Assembly (NCBI GenBank): GCA_965223505.1
Contig: CBDCWP010000040.1
Span: forward strand, 32,001 to 96,000
Origin: Planctomycetota bacterium
GTDB taxonomy: Bacteria; Planctomycetota; PLA2; JAEUHO01
Direction: 5' to 3'
DNA length: 64,000 nucleotides
The position numbers and the translations under genes were made by a program. Shown here one piece after another: positions 45,534 to 54,731 of this stretch. Numbering within the stretch: position 1 is the first letter of the stretch; each line of letters opens with the position of its first letter. A model generated the notes under the pieces. It ran no database searches, was not told the origin of the DNA, and worked only from the letters and a program-made list of their open reading frames with translations.

Positions 45534-46885
45534 CGCGCAAACGCCGACTCGAGCTCGTCGACGAGCTTCGCGTCGAGCGTGCCCGGTGAACCGCCGTAGC
45601 GTGCGGCGACCAGGCTCTCCATCGCGCCCGCCGCGCGATGCGCGACGTCGTGTCCGACGCCCTCGTGCTCGAGCCGCTCGGTCAGGCCGGGTGCGACGAC
45701 GGCGGCCGGCTCGCAGTGCAGATGCGCGGCCAGGAACGCCGCGAACGCATTACCGAGCTGCTCCGTCGGCGCTTCGAGCTGCGCGCGTAGCTCGGCGCGT
45801 GCGTCTCGAACGCGACTCGGATCGTCGTCGTCCGTCTCGGGCGGGGTGGAGCGCCGGCGCGCGTAGAGCGTCGCGAGGAGAACGAAGAACAGCGCCAACG
45901 CCCACACCCAGACCGGCGCGCCCTCCGGTTCGGGGGGCGCGGCCTCCTCCGGCCGGTCGAAGCGGGGCGTCTTTCGAACGGTGACAGGGATCGGTTCCGT
46001 GTGGACGACTTGGTATCGGCCCGCGTCGGGATCGAAGAAGGCGAAGGCGACGGGCGGCACGGCGAACACCTCGACACCCGTCGGTGCGATGTCGTAGGTG
46101 ATGCGGCGCCCGTTCTCCGTCGTCTCGTCGATGGCGCCGAGCTCGTGGAACCCCTCGATGCCCAGGCGCGGCCGGCCGAACGAGGCCTGGTTTCCGTCCC
46201 CCTCGATGGTGAGCGTCAGCCGGATCACGTCTCCGGGTGAGACGACGGTGCGATCGACCGTCGCCCGCACCGTGAAGCGCCCGACCGCGCCCTCGAAGTG
46301 CTCGGGCCGGCCCTGGTCGGGCAGTTGCCTGACGGAAACCGTCAGCGCGTCGCCAGTGACCACGACGTCGCGCCGGTCCAATGCCGTACGACCGCTGATG
46401 AAGTCGTCGCGAAACGTCGTCCCGTACGCGAAGCGAAGCGACGGCGCGGAAACGTCGATCTCACCGGGGCGCGCCGCCTCGAACGTCCGCGCATGCTCGA
46501 GGACCGTGAAGACACGTCCCTGCCGCTCGACGTCGTCGAGGCGTCGCAACCGCGTCACGCGTTCTTCCAGAGCGAGGCGCAGCCCCTCCTCGTCCTCGAC
46601 CGGCGTGGACGGAAGCGCGGTCGTGCCCTCGAGCGACGCGAGCCACGACGCGTGCGCCTGCAACGGGACGTCCATCGTCTGGCGAAACAACGGGATCGCG
46701 TTCGTCTCGAAGAACGCGGCTTCGAAGCCGACGCGCAACCGCAGCGTGATGATCTCTCCGACGTACCACGCGTCCTTGTCGGCAACGACCTCGACGAACA
46801 CCCGCTGCTCGGGCGCCGGTTCGTCCGCTCGCGCCGTCGCCGGCCAGGTCGACAGGAAGACGAGAAGCACGAGGGCGCGAATCAC
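45530..46885 (-). CDS. BatD-family protein
   Basis: Signal peptide, 'V..LP..GRP..F.GAVGRF', 'LTLTIEGDGN', 'FAFFDPDAGRY', C-terminal TM; last gene of the MoxR/VWA operon. Confidence 0.8.
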   Translation of the reverse strand: MIRALVLLVFLSTWPATARADEPAPEQRVFVEVVADKDAWYVGEIITLRLRVGFEAAFFETNAIPLFRQTMDVPLQAHASWLASLEGTTALPSTPVEDEEGLRLALEERVTRLRRLDDVERQGRVFTVLEHARTFEAARPGEIDVSAPSLRFAYGTTFRDDFISGRTALDRRDVVVTGDALTVSVRQLPDQGRPEHFEGAVGRFTVRATVDRTVVSPGDVIRLTLTIEGDGNQASFGRPRLGIEGFHELGAIDETTENGRRITYDIAPTGVEVFAVPPVAFAFFDPDAGRYQVVHTEPIPVTVRKTPRFDRPEEAAPPEPEGAPVWVWALALFFVLLATLYARRRSTPPETDDDDPSRVRDARAELRAQLEAPTEQLGNAFAAFLAAHLHCEPAAVVAPGLTERLEHEGVGHDVAHRAAGAMESLVAARYGGSPGTLDAKLVDELESAFAR

Positions 46886-48561
46886 CAGTCCTTCTCCACC
46901 TCGGCGCTCCGTGCGCTTCGCTGCGCGCGGCGAAGCGCCAGCTTCTGCCGCTCCTTCTGCACGAGCAGCTCGAGAAGTCCCAGCACCTTCGCCGCGGGAA
47001 GCGCGTCCGAAGCGACGTCCGAGGGCGGCGGCTCGGGATCGTTGCCGTCGCCGTCGTTCTCCGGCGGCTTCGGCGGATCGGCGTCCGGCGGGTCGTCGGG
47101 CGGCGTGTCTCCGGGTTGCGGATCGCCCTTGCTGCCCTCCGAGCGGCGCTCGCGCAGCATCTCGAGCCGGATCAGCGCGCGCTCGACGTTGCGGCGCGCG
47201 GCCGGCCAGTCGGTTCGCGTCGAGGCCGCCGCTCGCCACGCCGCGAGCGCGTCCTCGGTGTGCGCGATGGGCGCCTGTCGGGCACGCGGATCGGCGTCTT
47301 CGCGCATGGCAGCCTCGGCCGCGACGGATCGCTCGAACGCCACGTTGCCGCGGAGGAAGTCGCGCAGCGCCTCGTAGTCGTGCCCGCCGCGCTCGGCTGC
47401 CGTTGCCGCGGAGGCGATGGCGGCGTCGAGCTCGCCGCGTTGCAGCGCGGCGATCGCGCTGTCGTAGTGCGGCCGGGCCGCGTCGCCGCCGCATCCGGCG
47501 ACGAGCACGGCGAACAGGACGAGCCAACGCGTGGCCGCAAACGCCGGCATCGCGCCGCGCCGGCGACGACGCGGCCGTCCGGCCCACGCAAGCTGGAGTA
47601 CGAACAGGAAGAGCGCCGCGGCGAGTGGCCACTGGAACCGGTTCTTCCTCTGCCCGCGCTCGCTCGATGCGTACGCGACGCGCGCCATCGGCAGGATGCG
47701 GCGCTCGTACACGTCGACGAGCGCATCCGTTTCGTCGGCGACGACGAACGCCCCGCCCGTCGTCTCGGCGATCTGCTCGAGCGACGACGCGTTCATGGCG
47801 GACACGACGTCCCGGCCCCCGCGGTCGCGCAGGAACGCCTCGCCGTCTCGCGTCGGCAACGCGATCTTGCTGCCGCGCTCCGACCCGAGTCCGACGCAGT
47901 GCACGGCGACGCCGCGCTCGCGACAGCGGTCCGCCGCGGTGTGACTGCGACCGCTCAAGTCCTCGCCGTCGGTCAACAACAACACGGCGCTTTGTTCGCC
48001 GCGGCTTGCCTCGAGCACCAGCAACGCCGTGTCGAGCGCCGCCGCGACGTCGGTGCCGCCGCGCAAGACGGACGCAGGCTCGGCCTGCTCCGCAAGGCCG
48101 GCGAACGACGCCGCGTCTTCCGTCAGCGGCGCGACCAGCCGCGCTTCACCCGCGAACAACACCAGGCCCAAGCGGTCGCCCGAAACGCGCTTTGCCAACG
48201 CGTCGATCTGGGCCTTGGCATGGGCCAACCGATGCGGCCGCAGGTCGCGCGCGAGCATCGAGCGCGAGACGTCCAGGCACACGACGACGTCGACGCCGCG
48301 CCATGCCGACGCGTCGTCGCGCTCGCCGAACGAGGGACCGAGCGCCGCCACCAGCAACAACAGGACGGCCAGGACGAACAAGCTGCGTCGAAGAACGCGA
48401 CGCTCCGCTCGGTCCTGTGAAAGCCAGGCGGCGCGGTCACCGAGCCAGGCCCTCGACTTTCGCACGCGGGCGCGCGCGCACAGGTGCAGGCCGAGCCACA
48501 CCAGCGGCGCGAGCATCAGTACGGGCAACCAGTCCGGCCGTTCGAACAAGGCGGTGATCAC
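46882..48561 (-). CDS. BatB-like VWA protein fused to a BatC-like TPR/low-complexity tail
   Basis: MIDAS 'LDVSRSM', 'DRLGLVLFAG', 'PLTED', 'LLTDGED'; later 'ARRNVE', Pro/Asp linker, terminal 'EKDW'. Confidence 0.82.
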   Translation of the reverse strand: MITALFERPDWLPVLMLAPLVWLGLHLCARARVRKSRAWLGDRAAWLSQDRAERRVLRRSLFVLAVLLLLVAALGPSFGERDDASAWRGVDVVVCLDVSRSMLARDLRPHRLAHAKAQIDALAKRVSGDRLGLVLFAGEARLVAPLTEDAASFAGLAEQAEPASVLRGGTDVAAALDTALLVLEASRGEQSAVLLLTDGEDLSGRSHTAADRCRERGVAVHCVGLGSERGSKIALPTRDGEAFLRDRGGRDVVSAMNASSLEQIAETTGGAFVVADETDALVDVYERRILPMARVAYASSERGQRKNRFQWPLAAALFLFVLQLAWAGRPRRRRRGAMPAFAATRWLVLFAVLVAGCGGDAARPHYDSAIAALQRGELDAAIASAATAAERGGHDYEALRDFLRGNVAFERSVAAEAAMREDADPRARQAPIAHTEDALAAWRAAASTRTDWPAARRNVERALIRLEMLRERRSEGSKGDPQPGDTPPDDPPDADPPKPPENDGDGNDPEPPPSDVASDALPAAKVLGLLELLVQKERQKLALRRAQRSARSAEVEKDW

Positions 48562-49565
48562 GACAGCACCTCGAACACGGTCGCCGACAGGAACGCGCCG
48601 AGCAGCAGCAGGAACAGTCCCGCCAGCAGGAAGGGCAGGAACCGCAGCGCAATGCGGTAGCGCGGCTCTTCGACCGGCGCCTGCTCGAGCTGGTTGATGC
48701 GGTCGTACACGGCCGCCAGCGCGCCGGCATCCTGCACCCGGTGAAACGTCCCGCCCGTACGCTGCGCCATCTGCTCGACGGGACGCGTGTCGAGACGGAC
48801 GCGCTCTCCGCCCGGCCCCCTGCGCGCGACGCCCGCCACGATCGCGTAGACGCGAATCCCGAGCTGTTCGCAAAGCTGAGCGGCGTGCACGGGCGGAATC
48901 TCCGTCTCCATTCCGGTGAGGGCGACGTTCTCTTCGCCGTCGGTCAGCAGCACGATCACGCGCGAGCGCGCCGCGTCCGCGCCTTGCAGCACTTGGGCGG
49001 CCCGGGCGACGGCGGCGCCGATGCCCGTCGCGTCCTCGGGCCCCTCGCTCGTCACGGTCACGACGTCGTACAGGAAGTCCAGGAGCGCGCCGTGGTCGCG
49101 TGTCGGCGGGCAGACCAGGTCCGGGAACCGCGCGAAGCGGATCAACCCGATGCGATCGTCGGGTCGTCCACGAACGAAGTCGGCGGCGGCCCCGCGCGCG
49201 ACCTCGAGCCGCGTTCGCTCGCTGTCCAGGTCGTTCGCGGTCATCGACGACGACGTGTCGAGGCAAAGGAGGATGTCGATGCCTTCCGTCTCGTCGGGCA
49301 GCGGCACCTTCTCCGCCGGACGCGCGAGCGCGACGACCAGGCAGAGCAGGCCGAGCACCTGGAGGTCGCGCGGCAGCGGAAGGAGCACCGTTCGCCACGT
49401 GCGCGGCAACCTGCGCGAGCGCCACAACGCGGCCGGCGCGAACAACACCGACCCGCGGCCGCCGCGACGACGCCACCACAGCAACACCGGAATGAGCAGC
49501 GCCGACCACAGCCACCACGGGTCGAGCAGCGTGAGGCCGGTCAGACGCTGGAACACCGACGTCAT
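48558..49565 (-). CDS. BatA-like VWA membrane protein
   Basis: 'ALARP', 'GIDILLCLDTSSSM', 'DRIGLIRF', 'TGIGAA', 'LLTDGEEN', 'INQLE'. Confidence 0.88.
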   Translation of the reverse strand: MTSVFQRLTGLTLLDPWWLWSALLIPVLLWWRRRGGRGSVLFAPAALWRSRRLPRTWRTVLLPLPRDLQVLGLLCLVVALARPAEKVPLPDETEGIDILLCLDTSSSMTANDLDSERTRLEVARGAAADFVRGRPDDRIGLIRFARFPDLVCPPTRDHGALLDFLYDVVTVTSEGPEDATGIGAAVARAAQVLQGADAARSRVIVLLTDGEENVALTGMETEIPPVHAAQLCEQLGIRVYAIVAGVARRGPGGERVRLDTRPVEQMAQRTGGTFHRVQDAGALAAVYDRINQLEQAPVEEPRYRIALRFLPFLLAGLFLLLLGAFLSATVFEVLS

Positions 49566-50410
49566 CGAACCGCCTCACGCACATAGGCGCGCGCAGCGTC
49601 GAGCGCTACGTCGGTCCGAGCGGCCGAGGGCCTCAGGCCCGCGTACTTGACCTCGTCCGCGCTTCGCAACACGACGGCCAGGTCGTCGGATGCAACGGAA
49701 CCGATCGCCAGCAGCTCGTCGGTCGTTCGCCGCCGGGCCGGTATCCCGTGTCGCTCGGTCACGTAGTCGCGAACGACGTCCGCCGCCTCCACGAGGTCCT
49801 CGGCGCCCGCCAGCATGCCCAGCGCCTGCTCCTGCGGTGTCGGCGCCTCGGGCGGGAGCGCAAATCGTGACTTGTGACGCCGGTACGCGTGCAAGAGCCC
49901 GGCGCCGGCGCCCGCCAGCGCGGCCAGCCAGAGCAACCACGTCCACTCGCGCTGCCGCGTCGGCGGATCCCCCGGAAGCTCCGGTTCACCCGGCGCTGCA
50001 GGGTCCACCACCGGTTGCACGCGAACCTGGATGCGCGGCGCCGTCACGACGCGCGGCATGCCGCCGTCCTTCGGCCGTGCAGCGAAGACCGGCGCGGGAA
50101 TGTCGACGTCCTCCAGCGTGAACGCGTATGCCAGGTAGCGGTGCGTCTCTTCGATGCGGGTTTCGTCTTCGCGACGCGAGACGTTTTGGAGCCGCAAGAC
50201 CAGAGGCGACAACAACGCCTCGTCCCACCCCGCCGCGTGCATGTCCTTGCGCCACACCCTCACGACCGTGACGGCGAACCCCTGGCCGGGCGCCACCGAC
50301 TCCGAGCCGACGGTGATCCGCAGGAGAACGTCCGCGTTCGGGATGGGCGCGGGACCGCCGCAGGTGGCACAGAGCACGAGCACGACCACGAGCAGCGCGA
50401 CGCGTCTCAT
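49562..50410 (-). CDS. Hypothetical membrane protein of the MoxR/Bat operon
   Basis: Signal peptide, TM, 'VRDYV..R.G......TTDEL' and 'ADEVKYA' motifs typical of the gene between DUF58 and BatA. Confidence 0.7.
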   Translation of the reverse strand: MRRVALLVVVLVLCATCGGPAPIPNADVLLRITVGSESVAPGQGFAVTVVRVWRKDMHAAGWDEALLSPLVLRLQNVSRREDETRIEETHRYLAYAFTLEDVDIPAPVFAARPKDGGMPRVVTAPRIQVRVQPVVDPAAPGEPELPGDPPTRQREWTWLLWLAALAGAGAGLLHAYRRHKSRFALPPEAPTPQEQALGMLAGAEDLVEAADVVRDYVTERHGIPARRRTTDELLAIGSVASDDLAVVLRSADEVKYAGLRPSAARTDVALDAARAYVREAVR

Positions 50411-51321
50411 CGCTTGACCCCGCGTTGCTCGCGCATCCGGAAGAACTTCAGGATCGGGCCGGCGACCAGGTCCTTGCCGCCCTCGCGCGGGACGGGCACG
50501 TCGAGGCGGTCGACGTTGGCGTGAAGCAGCGTGTGCTCCGTACGCGCCCGCCACGCCGCAACGCCGTCCGAATGGGCCGCGCGAACGCGGGGACTGCTCG
50601 TGTCGACGAGGGACTCGATGCCGGTCTCCGGATCCCGCACACGAGCCAGGCCGACGCTCGGAAGCGCAAGCTCGGGCAGCAGCAGCCGGGCGGCGATGAC
50701 GTCGTGGTGCTTGGCGCAGAGCGAGAGCGCGCGTTGGTAGCCGTCGGTCAGGAAGTCGGAGATGACGAAGACGATCGCGTGGCGGCGAACGGCACGGGAT
50801 GCGAGCTCGAGCGCCGGCACCAGGTCCGTGCGTTCGCCGGGGGTGGGCAGCGCGAGGCAGTCGCGCACGATGCGAAGCGCGTGGCGAACGCCCTTCTTCG
50901 GCGCGACGAACGACTCGACACGGTCGCTGAAGCCAATCATGCCGACACGGTCGCCGTTGCGGGTGGCCGCGATGCCCAGACAAGCGCAGATGCGCGCGGC
51001 CGTCTGGCGCGCGGACCACACGCCGAACCCGCCGGCCATCGACGCGGAGAGATCGACGAGGAACAGCATCGTGAGGTTGCGCTCGTCGACGTGCGTCTTG
51101 ACGTAGGGCGCGCCCATGCGCGCGGTGACGTTCCAGTCGATGGAGCGCCGCGGGTCGCCTTCGACGTATTCGCGCACGGTGTCGAACTCGATGCCGGCGC
51201 CGCGAAACACCGAGAGATAGCCGCCCGCCATGACGTTCGTGACGAGCCGGCGCGACTGCACCTCGATGCGGCGGACCTCGGTGAGGATCTCCGCCAGATC
51301 GGGATCGAGCTCGTGCAGCAT
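50407..51321 (-). CDS. DUF58 protein
   Basis: 'SVFRGAGIEFDTVREYVEGD..RSIDWNVTAR', 'VDLSASM', 'ISDFL'. Confidence 0.92.
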   Translation of the reverse strand: MLHELDPDLAEILTEVRRIEVQSRRLVTNVMAGGYLSVFRGAGIEFDTVREYVEGDPRRSIDWNVTARMGAPYVKTHVDERNLTMLFLVDLSASMAGGFGVWSARQTAARICACLGIAATRNGDRVGMIGFSDRVESFVAPKKGVRHALRIVRDCLALPTPGERTDLVPALELASRAVRRHAIVFVISDFLTDGYQRALSLCAKHHDVIAARLLLPELALPSVGLARVRDPETGIESLVDTSSPRVRAAHSDGVAAWRARTEHTLLHANVDRLDVPVPREGGKDLVAGPILKFFRMREQRGVKR

Positions 51322-51328
51322 CGCGTCC

Positions 51329-52318
51329 CTACGGTACCGGCACGGTGTCGAAGACGTTCTGGATCACGTCTTCCGACGAGATCCCCTCGGCCTCCGCCTC
51401 GTACGTCGTGATGACGCGATGCCGCAGCACCTCCATGCCGACGGACTTGATGTCGTGCGGCGACACGAACCCGCGTCCTTCGAGGAGCGCCCGGGCGCGC
51501 GCGGCGCGCACCAACGCGATCGACGCCCTCGGCGACGCGCCGTAGAGAATCAGCGGTTCCAGCTCGGGGAGCCTCGCGCGTTCGGGTTCGCGCGTGGCGA
51601 AGACGACATCGGAGACGTAGCCGAAGATCTTCTCGTCCACGTAGACCGCGTCGAGCAGCTCGCGTGCGGTCAGGATCGTCTCCGGCGACGCGACGGCCTT
51701 CGCAGTTGGACGCTTGGACGTGCTCACCATGCGCTCGATGATGAGCGGTTCTTCCTCCCGGCTCGGATACGGCACGACGACCTTCAACATGAACCGGTCG
51801 ATCTGCGCCTCGGGCAGCGGGTACGTCCCTTCGAGCTCCACCGGGTTCTGCGTCGCCAGCACGAGGAACGGCGCGGGCAACGGACGCGTCTCCCCGGCGA
51901 GGGTGACCTGGCGCTCCTCCATCGCTTCGAGCAGCGCGGACTGCACCTTCGCGGGCGCCCGGTTGATCTCGTCGGCGAGGACGAAGTTGCCGAAGATGGG
52001 CCCCTCGCGCACGGCCCACTCGCCGGTCTGCGGGTTGAAGACCTGCGTGCCGAGGAGATCGGAGGGCAGCAGGTCGGGCGTGAACTGGATTCGCCGGTAC
52101 GTCCCGGCGAACGCCGCCGCCATCGATTCGACGGCGAGCGACTTGGCGAGCCCGGGAAGGCCCTCGAGCAGCACGTGCCCGTCGGCGAGCAGACCGATCA
52201 GCATGCTGTCGATCAGCGGCTTCTGTCCGACGATGACCCGTTCGACCTCGTGGATCACGTCGCGCAAGAAAGTGCTCTCACGCTCGATGCGCTCGGTGAC
52301 GGCAGATACGTCGTTCAC
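51329..52318 (-). CDS. moxR: MoxR-family AAA+ ATPase
   Basis: 'HVLLEGLPGLAKS', 'RIQFTPDLLPSD', 'LADEINRAPAKVQSALLEAM', 'ATQNP.E.EGTYPLPEAQ.DRF'. Confidence 0.95.
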   Translation of the reverse strand: MNDVSAVTERIERESTFLRDVIHEVERVIVGQKPLIDSMLIGLLADGHVLLEGLPGLAKSLAVESMAAAFAGTYRRIQFTPDLLPSDLLGTQVFNPQTGEWAVREGPIFGNFVLADEINRAPAKVQSALLEAMEERQVTLAGETRPLPAPFLVLATQNPVELEGTYPLPEAQIDRFMLKVVVPYPSREEEPLIIERMVSTSKRPTAKAVASPETILTARELLDAVYVDEKIFGYVSDVVFATREPERARLPELEPLILYGASPRASIALVRAARARALLEGRGFVSPHDIKSVGMEVLRHRVITTYEAEAEGISSEDVIQNVFDTVPVP

Positions 52319-52344
52319 AGGCCGCGGCCTCCCTCGTGGTTGGG

Positions 52345-54576
52345 CTAGCGACCGCCGGGCCCGAGGCCGATGTCCGGACGCAACAGTGCCGAGTCGAGCT
52401 CCGAGAGCGCGACCTCGACCTTCGCCGCGAGGTCCGCCTTCTCCGCCTTCTTCAGGCGCGCAAGGAGCATCTGCCCGGTCTCACCGGGCGTGAATCCCAT
52501 CGCGTCGCGCGTGCCCGCTGCGCTCGGGTCGCGCGCGAACGACTTCAGGATCTCCTTGGTGGCGAGCTCGTCGTCGTCGAGCTGGTACGCCATGCGCGCG
52601 ATCGCCGCGTGCGCCAGCGCGATGTGCCGGTCGCCGAATGCCTTGTGCGCCTCGTGGGCCTGAATCGCGTCCTCGTAGTGCATGATCGAGCGCTCGTAGC
52701 CCGCGATCGCCTTCTCGTATCGATTCGTGCGACGGTAGTACTCCGCGACCGTCAGCGACGCGAGGCTCGCGTAGGCCGACAGTCGGGCCGGATCCTCGAA
52801 CTCCTTGAGCAGCTCGGCGTAGTACGTCTCGAGCGCCTTCGCGCCGCGACGTCGCATCAAGCGTTCGCGCAGTGCCTTGTGCAGCTTCTCCGAGTCGCGG
52901 AAGCGCCCGATGCCCTCGTGCAGGATGCGCGTCGCGCGGTGATGCGCGCCGAGCCAGTCCATGAAGTCGTAGTGCCAGAACACCTGGTCGGCGGTGCCGA
53001 GCGGGTGGCGCTGCAGGATCGCGTACGCCGCGTGAAGGTCCGCCAGCCATCCCTGCGGCCAGTCCTCCTTCGCCTTCACCGCCTTCTTGATCGCCTTGAA
53101 GCGCGACTCCGCGAACACAGTGACGAGCGCCATCGAACGCCACGTGCTGTCGTCCGCCGGCAGGTCCTTCATGGCGACGTCGGCGCGCTTGTACGCTTCG
53201 GCCGCGTCGCCGGTGTAGTACGCCGCGAGCGCCAGAACGGAGTTGACGCGCCAGCCGGTGGCGCCGAGCTTCTCCGCCGCAAGCGCCTCGCGTTTCGCGT
53301 CGACGTACATCTGCCGCGTGATCTGGCGCGCGAGCCGCTGGTTGCTCACGTACTTGCGGGGCGCTTCGAACGCGAGCGCGAGACTGGACTCCGCCAGCTG
53401 CAATCGGGGTCCCGGGTCGTCGGGGTTCGACTCCGCGGCCTGCGCCTGGTACTCGGCCTGGGCGACGAGCTGCTCGTGCGTCGGCGTCGGGGCGACGCGC
53501 TTCGGCTTCTTCGACCACGCGGACGGATCGAGCTTGGACTTCTCGGCGAGGCCGGCGTGCAGGCCGGCGAGCCACTGGGCCAGCTCCGACTTGTCGCCGA
53601 GCCGCTTGAGCGCCGCGATGAGCGCGTCGCGCTCCGACGGCTCCATGGGCACCTGCATCGCCTCGGAAATGAGCTGTGTCGCGTGCGGCGTGTCGACCTT
53701 GGCGAGCGCCTGGCGGGCGGTCTTGCTCAGGTCGACGTCGAGACCGAAGATCGCGAGTCGCAGCAGATCGATCGGCGCGGCCTTCGGATTCTTGATCGCG
53801 GCTTCGAGCAGCTTGCGGCGGGTCTCGGCGTCGCCGCTCTGATACGCCGCCTCGACGGCCTGGCGGTCGGCCAGATGGCGGCTCGCGACGCGCTCCATGA
53901 TCGGACGGTCGCCGCGAACGATAAGCGGCTTGGCATCGGGGAACTTCGCGCGGCCGTCGATGATCGAGTCGAAGACGCCCGCCGTGTCGTTGATGTAGTA
54001 GACGTCGTACGCTTCGTTGCCTTCGACGTCGACCGCGATGTGCCGCGGCGCGACGCGCTGCCCGTCGCAGAACTTCTCGTAGATCGTCGGCTCGATGGCG
54101 ATGTGCTCGCCGCAGGTGACGCTGCCGAAGCGCGGGCAGAGGATGCGCTTGCCGTCGTCGTCGTAGTCGCGCGGCGTGTGCCGGTACACGGACGCGATGA
54201 CCGTCACGTACTGGCTGTAGAGCTCGGCGACCTCGGGCTGGCGGTAGCGCTTCCCCGCCCAGTGCTCGCTCGCGATCTCGCCGTCCATGTTGATGCAGAT
54301 GAGGATCGGCTTGCCGGTCTCCTTGGCGACGGCGATCGCGTCCTCCCAGGTGCGCTGGAAGGGGATCAGGCACGGGCTCGCCCAGTCTTCGGCTGTCGGC
54401 GCGGGCCACATGCCTTCGCGGCCGAGATTTTCGTCGACGCGGTTGCCGAGCTGCGGACGCGCCGGTTTCTTCCCGTCGTCCTTCTCGTCTTCTTCGGCGA
54501 CGAGCGGGGCAACGAACACCAGCGTCAAGACGGCGCACAGGGCGAACCGTGCGGCCCAGGCAAAGCGACGCGACAT
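52345..54576 (-). CDS. Exported protein with an N-terminal thioredoxin-like region and a helical HEAT/TPR-like C-terminus
   Basis: Signal peptide; 'WEDAIAVAKETGKPILICIN' thioredoxin-like start; 'CPRFGSVTCGEH'; long Ala-rich helical repeats. Confidence 0.6.
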   Translation of the reverse strand: MSRRFAWAARFALCAVLTLVFVAPLVAEEDEKDDGKKPARPQLGNRVDENLGREGMWPAPTAEDWASPCLIPFQRTWEDAIAVAKETGKPILICINMDGEIASEHWAGKRYRQPEVAELYSQYVTVIASVYRHTPRDYDDDGKRILCPRFGSVTCGEHIAIEPTIYEKFCDGQRVAPRHIAVDVEGNEAYDVYYINDTAGVFDSIIDGRAKFPDAKPLIVRGDRPIMERVASRHLADRQAVEAAYQSGDAETRRKLLEAAIKNPKAAPIDLLRLAIFGLDVDLSKTARQALAKVDTPHATQLISEAMQVPMEPSERDALIAALKRLGDKSELAQWLAGLHAGLAEKSKLDPSAWSKKPKRVAPTPTHEQLVAQAEYQAQAAESNPDDPGPRLQLAESSLALAFEAPRKYVSNQRLARQITRQMYVDAKREALAAEKLGATGWRVNSVLALAAYYTGDAAEAYKRADVAMKDLPADDSTWRSMALVTVFAESRFKAIKKAVKAKEDWPQGWLADLHAAYAILQRHPLGTADQVFWHYDFMDWLGAHHRATRILHEGIGRFRDSEKLHKALRERLMRRRGAKALETYYAELLKEFEDPARLSAYASLASLTVAEYYRRTNRYEKAIAGYERSIMHYEDAIQAHEAHKAFGDRHIALAHAAIARMAYQLDDDELATKEILKSFARDPSAAGTRDAMGFTPGETGQMLLARLKKAEKADLAAKVEVALSELDSALLRPDIGLGPGGR

Positions 54577-54731
54577 GCAACCTCCGAGGCGCGGAACCAA
54601 CCGCCGCCAATGGTACCGCCCGGAGGGTGGCGCTGCCGGGGAAGTCGCGAGCCGGGCGGGATGAACGCCGATCTCACGCGCGGTGTATCGCGCAGGGGAC
54701 GGCGAGATCCGCGAATCCCCGGCGGCAGCGG

